Positions 47,336 to 55,729 of a stretch of 55,889 bases of DNA are shown piece after piece; position 1 is the stretch's first letter, and each line of letters starts with the position of its first letter. Below the pieces are notes generated by a model, which was not told where the DNA came from, made no database searches, and saw only the letters and a program-made list of their open reading frames with translations. The stretch covers positions 1-55,889 of the forward strand of contig JBDLUA010000020.1 in assembly GCA_039805545.1 (NCBI GenBank). The letters are read 5' to 3'. The position numbers were made by a program, and so were the translations under genes. Source of the stretch: Candidatus Parcubacteria bacterium. GTDB lineage: Bacteria; Patescibacteriota; Minisyncoccia; Phycocordibacterales; JAACPR01.

Positions 47336-48442
47336 CTATTTAATAGTTACTGGTTTCCCATCTTTTATTTCTCTCACCACAGCACCAGATACTAATTGTC
47401 CGTCAGAATCGAATTTTAGATTTTTCCCAACTGCACCATCAAAACTTTTTATGTTTTTAATAGCATCTTTGATTTGATCATGTGTAGGAACAGTTTTTCC
47501 GTCCCCTATACTTTCAATAGCTTTAACAACAAGGTTTACACCATCATATGCATGTGCAGAACCAAATTTTGGAGATTCATTATATTTTTTAGTATACGCG
47601 TCGACATACCACTCTTGTGGATCTGCAGCATTTATATACCAAGATCCTTCAAACAAACCGATTTCATTTGCAAATTCGAATGTTTCAATACTTGTTACGG
47701 GAGTTGTAATACCTGCTTCTCTAATTTGCTTATATAGAGTTTCAAGTTCAGGACTTGAAGATTGTAGAACAAGTATATCTGCTGGTTTGTCTTTAACTTC
47801 ACTAATCAAAGTTCTAAAGTCTCGAGTTCCAGACTTAAATTTTTGAGTTGCAAGAACATTTACTTCTGGATTATTAGGTAGTTCTTTTTCAAATGCCTGA
47901 GCAATTGCTGCTGCACCAGGATTATCTGAAATCTCAAAAAATACTAAGTTCTTAATATTTCTCTTTTTTAATTCCTTCATAAACAATTGAACATCCATAT
48001 ATGGAGGAGTATAGTGGAGAAAGTTATATTCACCATTAGCAACCTTTGTATCAGATGCAAAAAAGTTTAAATGAGGAACTTTTTGAGCTTCTGCAATTGG
48101 ATTTACGACATTTCCTACAGGAGAACCAAATGAGAAAAGCATGTCAACTTTATCTACATTAATGAGTTTATTTGCTACAGTTGCACCCACTTGAGTTTTA
48201 AATTGGTCATCTTCAAATACAACTTGGTAATTGTATTTTGTATCCCCAAGATTCTCCAGAGCGAGTTCTATTGCCTTTTTACTACTTTGTCCGAGCAGTG
48301 CGACATCTCCGGTGAGGGGTAATGTTACACCGATTTTAACTGTAGGTTTTTCGGTATTATTTGTTTTTGTAGAATTAAAAACAAAGAAGACCGCCACTGC
48401 AAGTAAGATAATCACCAGGATACTTACTATTTTCTTATTCAT
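47336..48442 (-). CDS. LivJ/LivK-like substrate-binding protein SBP8
   Basis: KIGVTLPLTGDVA, FEDDQF, DFRTLI and HAYDGV motifs. Confidence 0.92.
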   Translation of the reverse strand: MNKKIVSILVIILLAVAVFFVFNSTKTNNTEKPTVKIGVTLPLTGDVALLGQSSKKAIELALENLGDTKYNYQVVFEDDQFKTQVGATVANKLINVDKVDMLFSFGSPVGNVVNPIAEAQKVPHLNFFASDTKVANGEYNFLHYTPPYMDVQLFMKELKKRNIKNLVFFEISDNPGAAAIAQAFEKELPNNPEVNVLATQKFKSGTRDFRTLISEVKDKPADILVLQSSSPELETLYKQIREAGITTPVTSIETFEFANEIGLFEGSWYINAADPQEWYVDAYTKKYNESPKFGSAHAYDGVNLVVKAIESIGDGKTVPTHDQIKDAIKNIKSFDGAVGKNLKFDSDGQLVSGAVVREIKDGKPVTIK

Positions 48443-48637
48443 AACTTATTTTATTGCTTGTTACTTTAAATAATATATGCATTCACAGAATAACTATACC
48501 ACACATTTTATATTTGTATTTTATTGATAACAGATATTTTGTTAATTATTTATATTTTACAATGCAATTTTGCTATATATAAAATTTTGTTCGTAAAAAT
48601 TGACAAGTTTATACATAAGAATTATGCTAAATTAAGC

Positions 48638-49441
48638 ATGCAAACCAACCAAATACAGAAGCAATTGAATAAATCTGGTCTAAACGAAAAAGAGGCTCTT
48701 ATTTATACAACCCTTATCGAACTTGGAGGAGCCTTCCCTTCAAAAATTGCGGAGATAACCAAAATAAACCGAAGTACCGTATATAAGATACTCCTAGATC
48801 TTTCTATAAAAGGACTTGTAAACGAAGTAGAAAAATCAAAGAAGTTATTCTATCAAATAGAAAATCCAAAAAAATTAACACGCTATCTAAAAGATAAAGT
48901 AACAACGGCACAAGACAATCTAGAAAATGCCCAAAGAATTATTCCTGAGATAGAAGGACTACTTGCAATGTTTGCAGACAAGCCTAAAGTATCTTTTTTT
49001 GAAGGCCACGAACAGGTAATGAGCATCTACGAGGACCATCTTAATGTTACAAAACCATATGAGATGGTTGCATGGGCTAACACAACATATTTACAAGACC
49101 TCCTTAAATTAGACTTTTTTCTTTATTATAGAAAAACAAAAGAAAAAATTGGAATAACAACAAGAGGAATTGTTCCTGACACAGAATTTGATCAAGAATT
49201 TGTAAACATTGCATATAAGAATATCAGTATAAAAGAAAAATTTTGGCCCATAATGAAATACATTCCTTATACTGAATTTTCTTTCAAAGGCGAGATTACA
49301 ATTTATGGAGAAGATAAAGTTTCAATCGTAAACTTAAATAAAAACCATTTCACCGGAACAATTATTCAAGACAAAACTATTCACGATATGATGAAAATGA
49401 TTTTTGAATTGAGTTGGAAGGGTGCGGATTTTTATAAATAA
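48638..49441 (+). CDS. TrmB-family transcriptional regulator TrmB7
   Basis: GLNEKEALIYTTLIELG, KINRSTVYKIL..L..KGLV, KPKVSFFEG, EITIYGEDKVSI and MKMIFELSW motifs; start moved to ATG 48638. Confidence 0.9.
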   Translation: MQTNQIQKQLNKSGLNEKEALIYTTLIELGGAFPSKIAEITKINRSTVYKILLDLSIKGLVNEVEKSKKLFYQIENPKKLTRYLKDKVTTAQDNLENAQRIIPEIEGLLAMFADKPKVSFFEGHEQVMSIYEDHLNVTKPYEMVAWANTTYLQDLLKLDFFLYYRKTKEKIGITTRGIVPDTEFDQEFVNIAYKNISIKEKFWPIMKYIPYTEFSFKGEITIYGEDKVSIVNLNKNHFTGTIIQDKTIHDMMKMIFELSWKGADFYK

Positions 49442-49477
49442 AAGCGGCGGACCCTTCGGGTCCGCCGCTTTTATTTT
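49436..49477. terminator. cUUCGg palindrome/terminator identical to 14692-14733
   Basis: AAATAAAAGCGGCGGACCCTTCGGGTCCGCCGCTTTTATTTT. Confidence 0.85.
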
Positions 49478-49487
49478 CATCTTATGT

Positions 49488-50612
49488 TTACTTCACACTC
49501 TTAATCAACTCCATCACCCCATTATGTATCTGATAGATATTAATTGGAGTATCTTTTGCTGCGTGTTTATCTGTAAATGATGTTGTACCGTTTACTGTTT
49601 TAAAGCTTTTGTTTCCAATGTATTTTGGAATATCTTCAGGAGTTTTTGAATGAGCAATTGCTTCTGCAAGAATATAAACAGCATCGTAACTTTTATTTGC
49701 ACCTCGTCGTGGTTTTTCTCCATACTTATTTTCAAATCTCTTTGAAAATTCATCAGATGGAACTTCCCAATCAATCATGATTGTTCCTTCTAATTTACTT
49801 TTATCAACTTCAGGATTATTAAACACGTCTCGCATTGTAGTATACGCAATAAATTGTGGTTTGAATTTTAATTCTTCTGCAACAGTTAGATATTTAACAA
49901 TGTCAAAATCTAACATATCAAGAAACACTGCCTCTGGTTTTTTATCTGCAAGCTTTAGAATGTTTGTTCGAAAATCACTCGAACCAATCGCTGCGTATGT
50001 TTCAACTGTAAATTGTCCTTTGTCTTTCATAATTTGTGAAAGAGTATGTTCAATTGATTCACCAAATCCAGATTGAAAACGAATCATTGCAAGATTTTTT
50101 ATACTTTTATCTTGAATAACAGAATCAAATTCAGAAATTACTTGTTCAAATCGAGGATACATTACAAAAGTATACTCATTCATTTCAAAAGTATTATCTA
50201 TTTGGAAATTAACCGGAGAGATAAATACTTTTTTGTCTTTTTGTGCAAGAGAAAACAATGGTTGTGCAGTAAAATCAAAGATTCCACCAATAACACCATC
50301 AACATCATTAATTCCTACAAGCTTTTGATATGCAGATACAGACCCTTGTGGAGTTGTTTGATCATCTTCAATATACAGTTCAACTTTTCTTCCTTCTATT
50401 CCACCATTTGCGTTAATCTCCTCAACCGCAAGTTCCATGGCTTTTTTGGACATATCACCAAAGTCTGCAGCAACTCCTGTAAGTGAGATATCTACACCTA
50501 TTTTTATAGGATTAGTATTTTCTTGTGTATTTTTTGAAAACAAAGCAAAAATAACCCCTAAAACAATGATAATTACTAAAACTGAATATATTTTCTTTTT
50601 CATAATGGACAT
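49488..50612 (-). CDS. LivJ/LivK-like substrate-binding protein SBP9
   Basis: KIGVDISLTG, AVEEINANGGIEGRKVELYIEDD, DFRTNILK and SYDAV motifs; start may be 50603. Confidence 0.92.
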   Translation of the reverse strand: MSIMKKKIYSVLVIIIVLGVIFALFSKNTQENTNPIKIGVDISLTGVAADFGDMSKKAMELAVEEINANGGIEGRKVELYIEDDQTTPQGSVSAYQKLVGINDVDGVIGGIFDFTAQPLFSLAQKDKKVFISPVNFQIDNTFEMNEYTFVMYPRFEQVISEFDSVIQDKSIKNLAMIRFQSGFGESIEHTLSQIMKDKGQFTVETYAAIGSSDFRTNILKLADKKPEAVFLDMLDFDIVKYLTVAEELKFKPQFIAYTTMRDVFNNPEVDKSKLEGTIMIDWEVPSDEFSKRFENKYGEKPRRGANKSYDAVYILAEAIAHSKTPEDIPKYIGNKSFKTVNGTTSFTDKHAAKDTPINIYQIHNGVMELIKSVK

Positions 50613-50644
50613 ATTTTATATTGTATTGTATTATTAATATATAG

Positions 50645-50660
50645 TTCGGCGAATTCCGAA
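50645..50660. promoter_or_regulatory. Putative TrmB8 operator
   Basis: TTCGG-CGAATT-CCGAA, the only GC-rich palindrome in the short AT-rich divergent spacer. Confidence 0.45.
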
Positions 50661-50674
50661 TAATATTGAAAAAT

Positions 50675-51439
50675 ATGGACAAAACAGCAAATATATTTAA
50701 ATCGCTTCAAATAAAACCCAATGCCCAGAAGGTTTTAGACTATTTAATTAGTCACGGGACTTCCCCCGTAAAAGATATTGCTTTTGCATTAAAACTCCCA
50801 AAATCAACAATTTATGACGCTCTAGATGAACTTATTTCTCAAAGTCTTATTGTTGAATATACAGAAGACAGAGGAAGAGTATTTGGAATTGCAGATAAAG
50901 AACAACTCATTAGGATTAGTGAACAAAAAATTGCAGAATTAAAAGAAAATCAAAAAAAGCTTCTTGAATATATTAATGATTCAAAAAAAGAAGATTCTAT
51001 CTCTAAACCAAAGATAAAATTTTATTTTGGCAATGAAGGAATCAAACAAGCATTCAGAGACACAATGTGGAACGAGCGCTGCAAAGAAACATATCTTATG
51101 TGGTCAACAAAAGAAATGCTTGAGATACTTGGTCCAGAATTTAGTGAATGGCACAGCTCAATGCGATTACGTTATCAGATTACTCTTAATGTAATACGGA
51201 AAATTCAAGACAAACAACTTGATTCAACTGAAGGATTAAAAGAAGGCTGGAATAGTTATCGAGAAATTAGGCATGCACCAAAAAATTTAGATTGGAGCAT
51301 GAGTTACTGGATATATGATAATAAAGTTTTATTTTCAAGTGGAGGAAAGGACAGATTTGCTTTTATTGTGCACAGTAAAGAATTTGTAGACCTAATGATT
51401 TTACTTTGGAAACAGGTTTGGGAAATTAGTGAAGAATAA
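50675..51439 (+). CDS. TrmB-family transcriptional regulator TrmB8
   Basis: DIAFALKLPKSTIYDALDEL, KPKIKFYFGNEGI, WIYDNKV and LWKQVW motifs. Confidence 0.88.
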   Translation: MDKTANIFKSLQIKPNAQKVLDYLISHGTSPVKDIAFALKLPKSTIYDALDELISQSLIVEYTEDRGRVFGIADKEQLIRISEQKIAELKENQKKLLEYINDSKKEDSISKPKIKFYFGNEGIKQAFRDTMWNERCKETYLMWSTKEMLEILGPEFSEWHSSMRLRYQITLNVIRKIQDKQLDSTEGLKEGWNSYREIRHAPKNLDWSMSYWIYDNKVLFSSGGKDRFAFIVHSKEFVDLMILLWKQVWEISEE

Positions 51440-51474
51440 AAAAGGCGCGGCCGAAGGCCACACCTTTTTTATTC
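51434..51474. terminator. Bidirectional terminator between TrmB8 and livM
   Basis: GAATAAAAAAGGCGCGGCC-GAA-GGCCACACCTTTTTTATTC (G-U pairs on the minus strand). Confidence 0.8.
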
Positions 51475-52353
51475 CTATAACTTATACTCCCCCATAAACC
51501 CCTGAGGCCGATACATCATGAGCCCAACAAGAATAAGTCCGTATACAACTTGTCTCATTTGAGCGGCGATATCTGTTGGGAATCCAACAAATCTAAGAAC
51601 TTCAGGCAATAAGATTAGAAATACAGTTCCCCATACCACCCCCTTATTACTTGCGAGTCCTCCAAGAATAATAATTGCCAAAATAAATATTGATTCTCCT
51701 AATGCAAAAGAAGAAGGATCAATAAATGTGATGTAACTTGCAAATAGTGCTCCTGCAAACGAAGCCATTCCTGCGCTTATTGAAAAAATAAGTGTTTTAT
51801 ATTTTTTAGTATCATATCCAAAAACCTGAATTACCTGTTCGTTTTCTCGAATTGCTTTAATAACTCTTCCGAATGAAGATGAAACTATGTATTGAGAAAT
51901 TTGATAGATAATAAATGAAAAAACTAAACATAAAATAAGGAAAGAGGTGTTTGATCTAAAAATATAATCAAATGAGCCCAGGTGTATTGCAGGCCTATCT
52001 ATTCCAGAGATTCCAAGTGGTCCTCTTGTAAGTTCTTGCCAATTAAGAAAAATACTGAAAACAATTATATTTAAACCAAATGATGCAAGTGCATAATAAT
52101 CACCTTTAAATCTCCCCATAATAAGCCCAAAAACAAGAGAATTTATTACCGTAATGATGCACCCTACAATCATGGCAAAAAAGAAATTTACATCATACCG
52201 TGTAATTAAAATTGCATTTGTGTATGCACCAATTCCAAAAAAAGCAGCATGTGTAATTGAGAGAAGCCCCGTATACCCAACAGCAAGATTCAAACTAATA
52301 CTTAATATAGACCAAATCGAGATAAGTATTGCAAGGTGTATGAGATATTCCAT
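51475..52353 (-). CDS. livM: Liv-type ABC transporter permease LivM-like
   Basis: LNLAVGYTGLLSITHAAFFGIGAY, GDYYALAS, LTRGPLG, SSFGRVIKAIREN and LPEVLR motifs. Confidence 0.92.
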   Translation of the reverse strand: MEYLIHLAILISIWSILSISLNLAVGYTGLLSITHAAFFGIGAYTNAILITRYDVNFFFAMIVGCIITVINSLVFGLIMGRFKGDYYALASFGLNIIVFSIFLNWQELTRGPLGISGIDRPAIHLGSFDYIFRSNTSFLILCLVFSFIIYQISQYIVSSSFGRVIKAIRENEQVIQVFGYDTKKYKTLIFSISAGMASFAGALFASYITFIDPSSFALGESIFILAIIILGGLASNKGVVWGTVFLILLPEVLRFVGFPTDIAAQMRQVVYGLILVGLMMYRPQGFMGEYKL

Positions 52354-52357
52354 ATAT

Positions 52358-53230
52358 TTATTTTACCTTTAAAATTCCACCTGGTCTAAATATTAAAAAG
52401 AGGATTAATACTCCAAACGCAATCGCATCTTTCCATTCTCCTGATATTTTCCAGATTCCAAAATTCTCAATAAATGCAAGAAAGAATGCTCCGAGAACAC
52501 CACCATATACATTACCAATTCCGCCTATTATTGAAGCAATTGTACCTTTAAGAAGAAGTCCCATACCCATAGTTGGTTCAATGCCTGTATCAAACCCAAT
52601 TGCAATACCAGCAACCCCTGCAATTATAGAACCAATAAAAAATACTCGTGCAATTATCTTTTTTGTATTAATACCAACAATCTCCGCAACTTGTTCATCA
52701 TCAGAAATTGCCTTTATTGCTTTACCGAATTTTGTAAATTTCATTAGATATGCAAGAACAAGCATTATCCCTATTGCGACAATGAGTATGTATACTTGAA
52801 CTTGTGTCATTACTCCTCCAAAAACTTCGTATACTTTAGTTGTTGAACTACTTGATGTAAGTGTCTGAAACTGACTGGTAAATATGATTGCAACAATTGC
52901 TTGTAATGCAGTAAGTAGTCCGAGCGAAGCAATTAAGAGTATCATTCCTGAAGAACCGTTTTTTCGTATTGGTGCATATACAAATTTTTCACAAAGCCAA
53001 CCAACAAACCCTGAGAATACAAGAGCAATTAAAATCGAAAGAAAAATATTTACATCATGTTCTTTTGCAAGAAAAAAAACTACGTATCCGCCAATAGTCG
53101 CAATAACCCCGTGAGATAAGTTAAAAAACTTAGTTACACCAAATATAAGATTAAAACCAAGGGCAATTAGTGAATAAAGTGAACCAGCAATAATACTATT
53201 TATAACAATCTGAGGAATTATTGAATCCAT
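52358..53230 (-). CDS. livH: Liv-type ABC transporter permease LivH-like
   Basis: GSLYSLIALGFNLIFG...FNLSHG, TKFGKAIKA, IIGGIG and FRPGG motifs. Confidence 0.92.
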   Translation of the reverse strand: MDSIIPQIVINSIIAGSLYSLIALGFNLIFGVTKFFNLSHGVIATIGGYVVFFLAKEHDVNIFLSILIALVFSGFVGWLCEKFVYAPIRKNGSSGMILLIASLGLLTALQAIVAIIFTSQFQTLTSSSSTTKVYEVFGGVMTQVQVYILIVAIGIMLVLAYLMKFTKFGKAIKAISDDEQVAEIVGINTKKIIARVFFIGSIIAGVAGIAIGFDTGIEPTMGMGLLLKGTIASIIGGIGNVYGGVLGAFFLAFIENFGIWKISGEWKDAIAFGVLILFLIFRPGGILKVK

Positions 53231-53270
53231 GCTTCTAATAGTATCAAAAATAATTTCTTTATAAAGAAAT

Positions 53271-53291
53271 TGACAGGGTTAAACCCCGTCA
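53271..53291 (-). terminator. Probable terminator of the comM-mazF transcript
   Basis: Minus strand TGACGGGG-TTTAA-CCCTGTCA followed by ATTTCTTT. Confidence 0.55.
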
Positions 53292-53295
53292 TAAA

Positions 53296-53370
53296 TTGAC
53301 AAAGAATTCTAATTTATTAGTATATACATACAAGTGCCTTCGGGCCCCGCCCTCTTACGGGGGAGAAAAT
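53296..53370 (+). ncRNA. Candidate small RNA convergent with the MazF-like toxin (promoter plus two hairpins)
   Basis: TTGACA(53296)-16-TAGTAT with no plus-strand gene downstream, then GCC-TTCG-GGC and CCCCG...CGGGG hairpins next to the toxin stop. Confidence 0.35.
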
Positions 53371-53377
53371 CAAAAAG

Positions 53378-53752
53378 CTATTCAAGTAGGCCTTGAATAG
53401 CTTTTTTGATTTCTTTTAATTCTTCGACACTTATTTTGCTCATTAATTTAGAAAGTCTTTTAGTATCAACCACTTTAATCTGTGAAAGTAAGGCCTTCGA
53501 TTTATCATTTATTTTAATTCTAAATCTATGCTCTGCCGCTGAAGTTGTAAGTGGAACAATAAGACATATTTCTTTACTGAATATTTTAAGGATTAACACA
53601 GGTCGATCAAAATCTTTTCCTGTTCCACATTCTTCAAAACCAATATTTTGTCCAAGCTGACACCAACGAATCTCTCCTTCCTTGATAAACATTCTTTTAT
53701 TTTTAAAATGGATATACTTTTTTCTTTTATTCCAATTATCAAATTCATTCAT
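53378..53752 (-). CDS. PemK/MazF-family toxin (no adjacent protein antitoxin)
   Basis: GEIRWCQLGQNIGFEECG....FDRPVLIL, VPLTT and LSQIKVVDTKRL motifs; ATG 1 nt after the comM stop. Confidence 0.88.
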   Translation of the reverse strand: MNEFDNWNKRKKYIHFKNKRMFIKEGEIRWCQLGQNIGFEECGTGKDFDRPVLILKIFSKEICLIVPLTTSAAEHRFRIKINDKSKALLSQIKVVDTKRLSKLMSKISVEELKEIKKAIQGLLE

Positions 53753-53753
53753 A

Positions 53754-55280
53754 CTATACACTCATAAACTTCTCCTGTGGTCGATACGATAATGCCTCAA
53801 GAATATGCTCTTTCAGAATTTGAGTTTGATTATCAAGGAGTGAAATAGTAAGTGCAACTTTTAAGATATTTGTATAACTTCGAGCAGAGATTTGAAACCG
53901 AGCAGCAAGCAAATCATAAAATTCTTTTACATCCTTTGAAATAGATATTGTTTGAGCGAGCTTTTTTGTACTCATTCTTCCTGTTAACATATCGAAATTT
54001 TTAAGTTGGAATGTTCGCATACTCGATACAATGTTTTTCATTTGAGCGTGTTGTATGTTTTGAATTTCCTCTGATTCGACTAATTTATCGTATGCAATTT
54101 TTGAAACCTCAACCCACATCTCGACTCTATCTATAATTGGACCAGAGATTTTTTTATTATATTTTTGAATTTGTCCAACAGAACATACACATTCTTTTAT
54201 TCCGGTATTCAAATATCCACACGGACAGGGATTCATAGAACAAATTAATTGAAAATCACATGGAAATTCTATCTTTTGTCCAGCTCGTGCAATACGAACC
54301 TTTCGTTCTTCGAGTGGTTGTCTGAGCGAGTCAATTACTCGTCTATCAAACTCTGGGAATTCATCAAGAAACAATATACCCCGATGAGATAATGTTATTT
54401 CTCCTGGTTGTATTTCTTTTCCTCCTCCTACTATAGAAGCGTATGATGCACTGTGATGTGGTGCCCGAAATGGAGGATGTGTATGAAGTGAAAACTCATA
54501 TTCAGAAGAAAGAGAATATATCGAAGTTAATTCAACTTGTTGTTCAAAAGATAATTCTGGTAGAACATTTGAAGATGCTCGTGCAAGCATAGTCTTTCCT
54601 GTTCCTGGTGGACCATACAAACAAATATTATGTCCTCCTGCGAGCGCGATAAGAAGAGCTCTCTTGGCAGAATCATTTCCTTTAATATGATCAAAAATAA
54701 TAGTATCTTTATTCTTAGTATGTGTATGAATTATTTTTGAAATTGGTTCGATATCTTGAATACCACAAATATAATCAATAACTTCACGCAAAGTTTTGCA
54801 AGGAATAATATTTATATGTTTACACAATACCGAAGCCTCTTCTTTGTTTGAATACGGAATAATAACTTCTGTAAATCCAGAATGTTTTGCTTTTTGAATC
54901 ATCGGAATTATTCCTTTTACTCTTTTTACTTCCCCATCGAGCGATAATTCTCCAAGAAAAACAAATCTCGATATATCTGATTTTATCTGCTCACTTGCTC
55001 GAAGGTATGCAATAGAGATAGCAACATCAAACACAGTTCCAGTTTTTTTAATGTGTGCAGGAGAGAGTGATAATAAAATCTTTTCATTTGATGCTCGAGG
55101 AGAACGCATTCCTGTATGCTTAAGCGCGAGACTACAACGCTCTTTGGATTCTTCTACTGTCTTATCTGCAAGTCCAACAATTGAAAAATGATGAAGACCT
55201 TTTGAAACATCCGCTTCAACTGTTATAAGTTCTGATTGTAAATGAGTTTGAGTAATTGTATATGCTTTTGAAAATGCCAT
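53754..55280 (-). CDS. comM: YifB/ComM family Mg-chelatase-like AAA+ ATPase
   Basis: IVGLADK.V.ES.ER, GELSLDG, GPPGTGKTMLA, PFRAPHHSAS, PGEITLSHRGILFLDEFPEF and MNPCPCG motifs; start at ATG 55280. Confidence 0.94.
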   Translation of the reverse strand: MAFSKAYTITQTHLQSELITVEADVSKGLHHFSIVGLADKTVEESKERCSLALKHTGMRSPRASNEKILLSLSPAHIKKTGTVFDVAISIAYLRASEQIKSDISRFVFLGELSLDGEVKRVKGIIPMIQKAKHSGFTEVIIPYSNKEEASVLCKHINIIPCKTLREVIDYICGIQDIEPISKIIHTHTKNKDTIIFDHIKGNDSAKRALLIALAGGHNICLYGPPGTGKTMLARASSNVLPELSFEQQVELTSIYSLSSEYEFSLHTHPPFRAPHHSASYASIVGGGKEIQPGEITLSHRGILFLDEFPEFDRRVIDSLRQPLEERKVRIARAGQKIEFPCDFQLICSMNPCPCGYLNTGIKECVCSVGQIQKYNKKISGPIIDRVEMWVEVSKIAYDKLVESEEIQNIQHAQMKNIVSSMRTFQLKNFDMLTGRMSTKKLAQTISISKDVKEFYDLLAARFQISARSYTNILKVALTISLLDNQTQILKEHILEALSYRPQEKFMSV

Positions 55281-55320
55281 GTACATACTATACGGACATG
55301 AGTTCAAATTTTTATGAAGA

Positions 55321-55365
55321 AAAAATAAAAGCGGCGAAGGCAAGGCCTTCGCCGCTTTTATTTTT
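55321..55365. terminator. Hairpin terminator after the dksA-like gene
   Basis: AAAAATAAAAGCGGCGAAGGC-AAG-GCCTTCGCCGCTTTTATTTTT. Confidence 0.85.
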
Positions 55366-55372
55366 ATCCACT

Positions 55373-55729
55373 CTACTTATTCATATGTTCCATACATGTT
55401 CGTGCTGCAGGATTCGCATTCAATCTACCCTCTTCGATAGGATGCCCTGAAACTTCACACATACCGTATGTTCCGTTTTCAATTTTTTCTAATGCATCAC
55501 TAACATCTTCAAGTTGAATTTCAAGTTGCTTCAAAATAGCAGTGTTTGTTTCATAATCTTCAATCATATCTGCCTTATTATTAGGGTCAGACTCTCGAGT
55601 ACCCGGATCGACAGGAACAGCCTCCCAATCACTTGGATTATCTGGGTTCACTCGTCCAACACTAGAAAGTTCTTTTTCTAATCGAGCTTTTTCTTCTAAT
55701 AATTTTTGTTTGAAAAATTGTGTATCCAT
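55373..55729 (-). CDS. DksA/TraR family protein
   Basis: Coiled coil then ALEKIENGTYGMCEVSGHPIEEGRLNANPAARTC. Confidence 0.88.
   Translation of the reverse strand: MDTQFFKQKLLEEKARLEKELSSVGRVNPDNPSDWEAVPVDPGTRESDPNNKADMIEDYETNTAILKQLEIQLEDVSDALEKIENGTYGMCEVSGHPIEEGRLNANPAARTCMEHMNK

Noticed and set aside
28943-53230. Integron or other mobile element explaining the array
   Set aside because: No integrase or transposase is present, and the junction hairpins look like A/T-flanked intrinsic terminators, not attC sites with RYYYAAC...GTTRRRY ends.
3577-55343. Extended starts in the track (3577, 8299, 14076, 42343, 48524, 55343)
   Set aside because: The extensions run through promoters, terminators or neighbouring genes. 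Downstream ATGs match family N-termini and mostly have a -10 box just upstream.
8959-55450. Many 60-200 aa antisense or alternate-frame ORFs (e.g. 8959-9522, 19764-20375, 33983-34348, 39433-39816, 50073-50486)
   Set aside because: They lie fully within well-supported genes and have no recognisable motifs.
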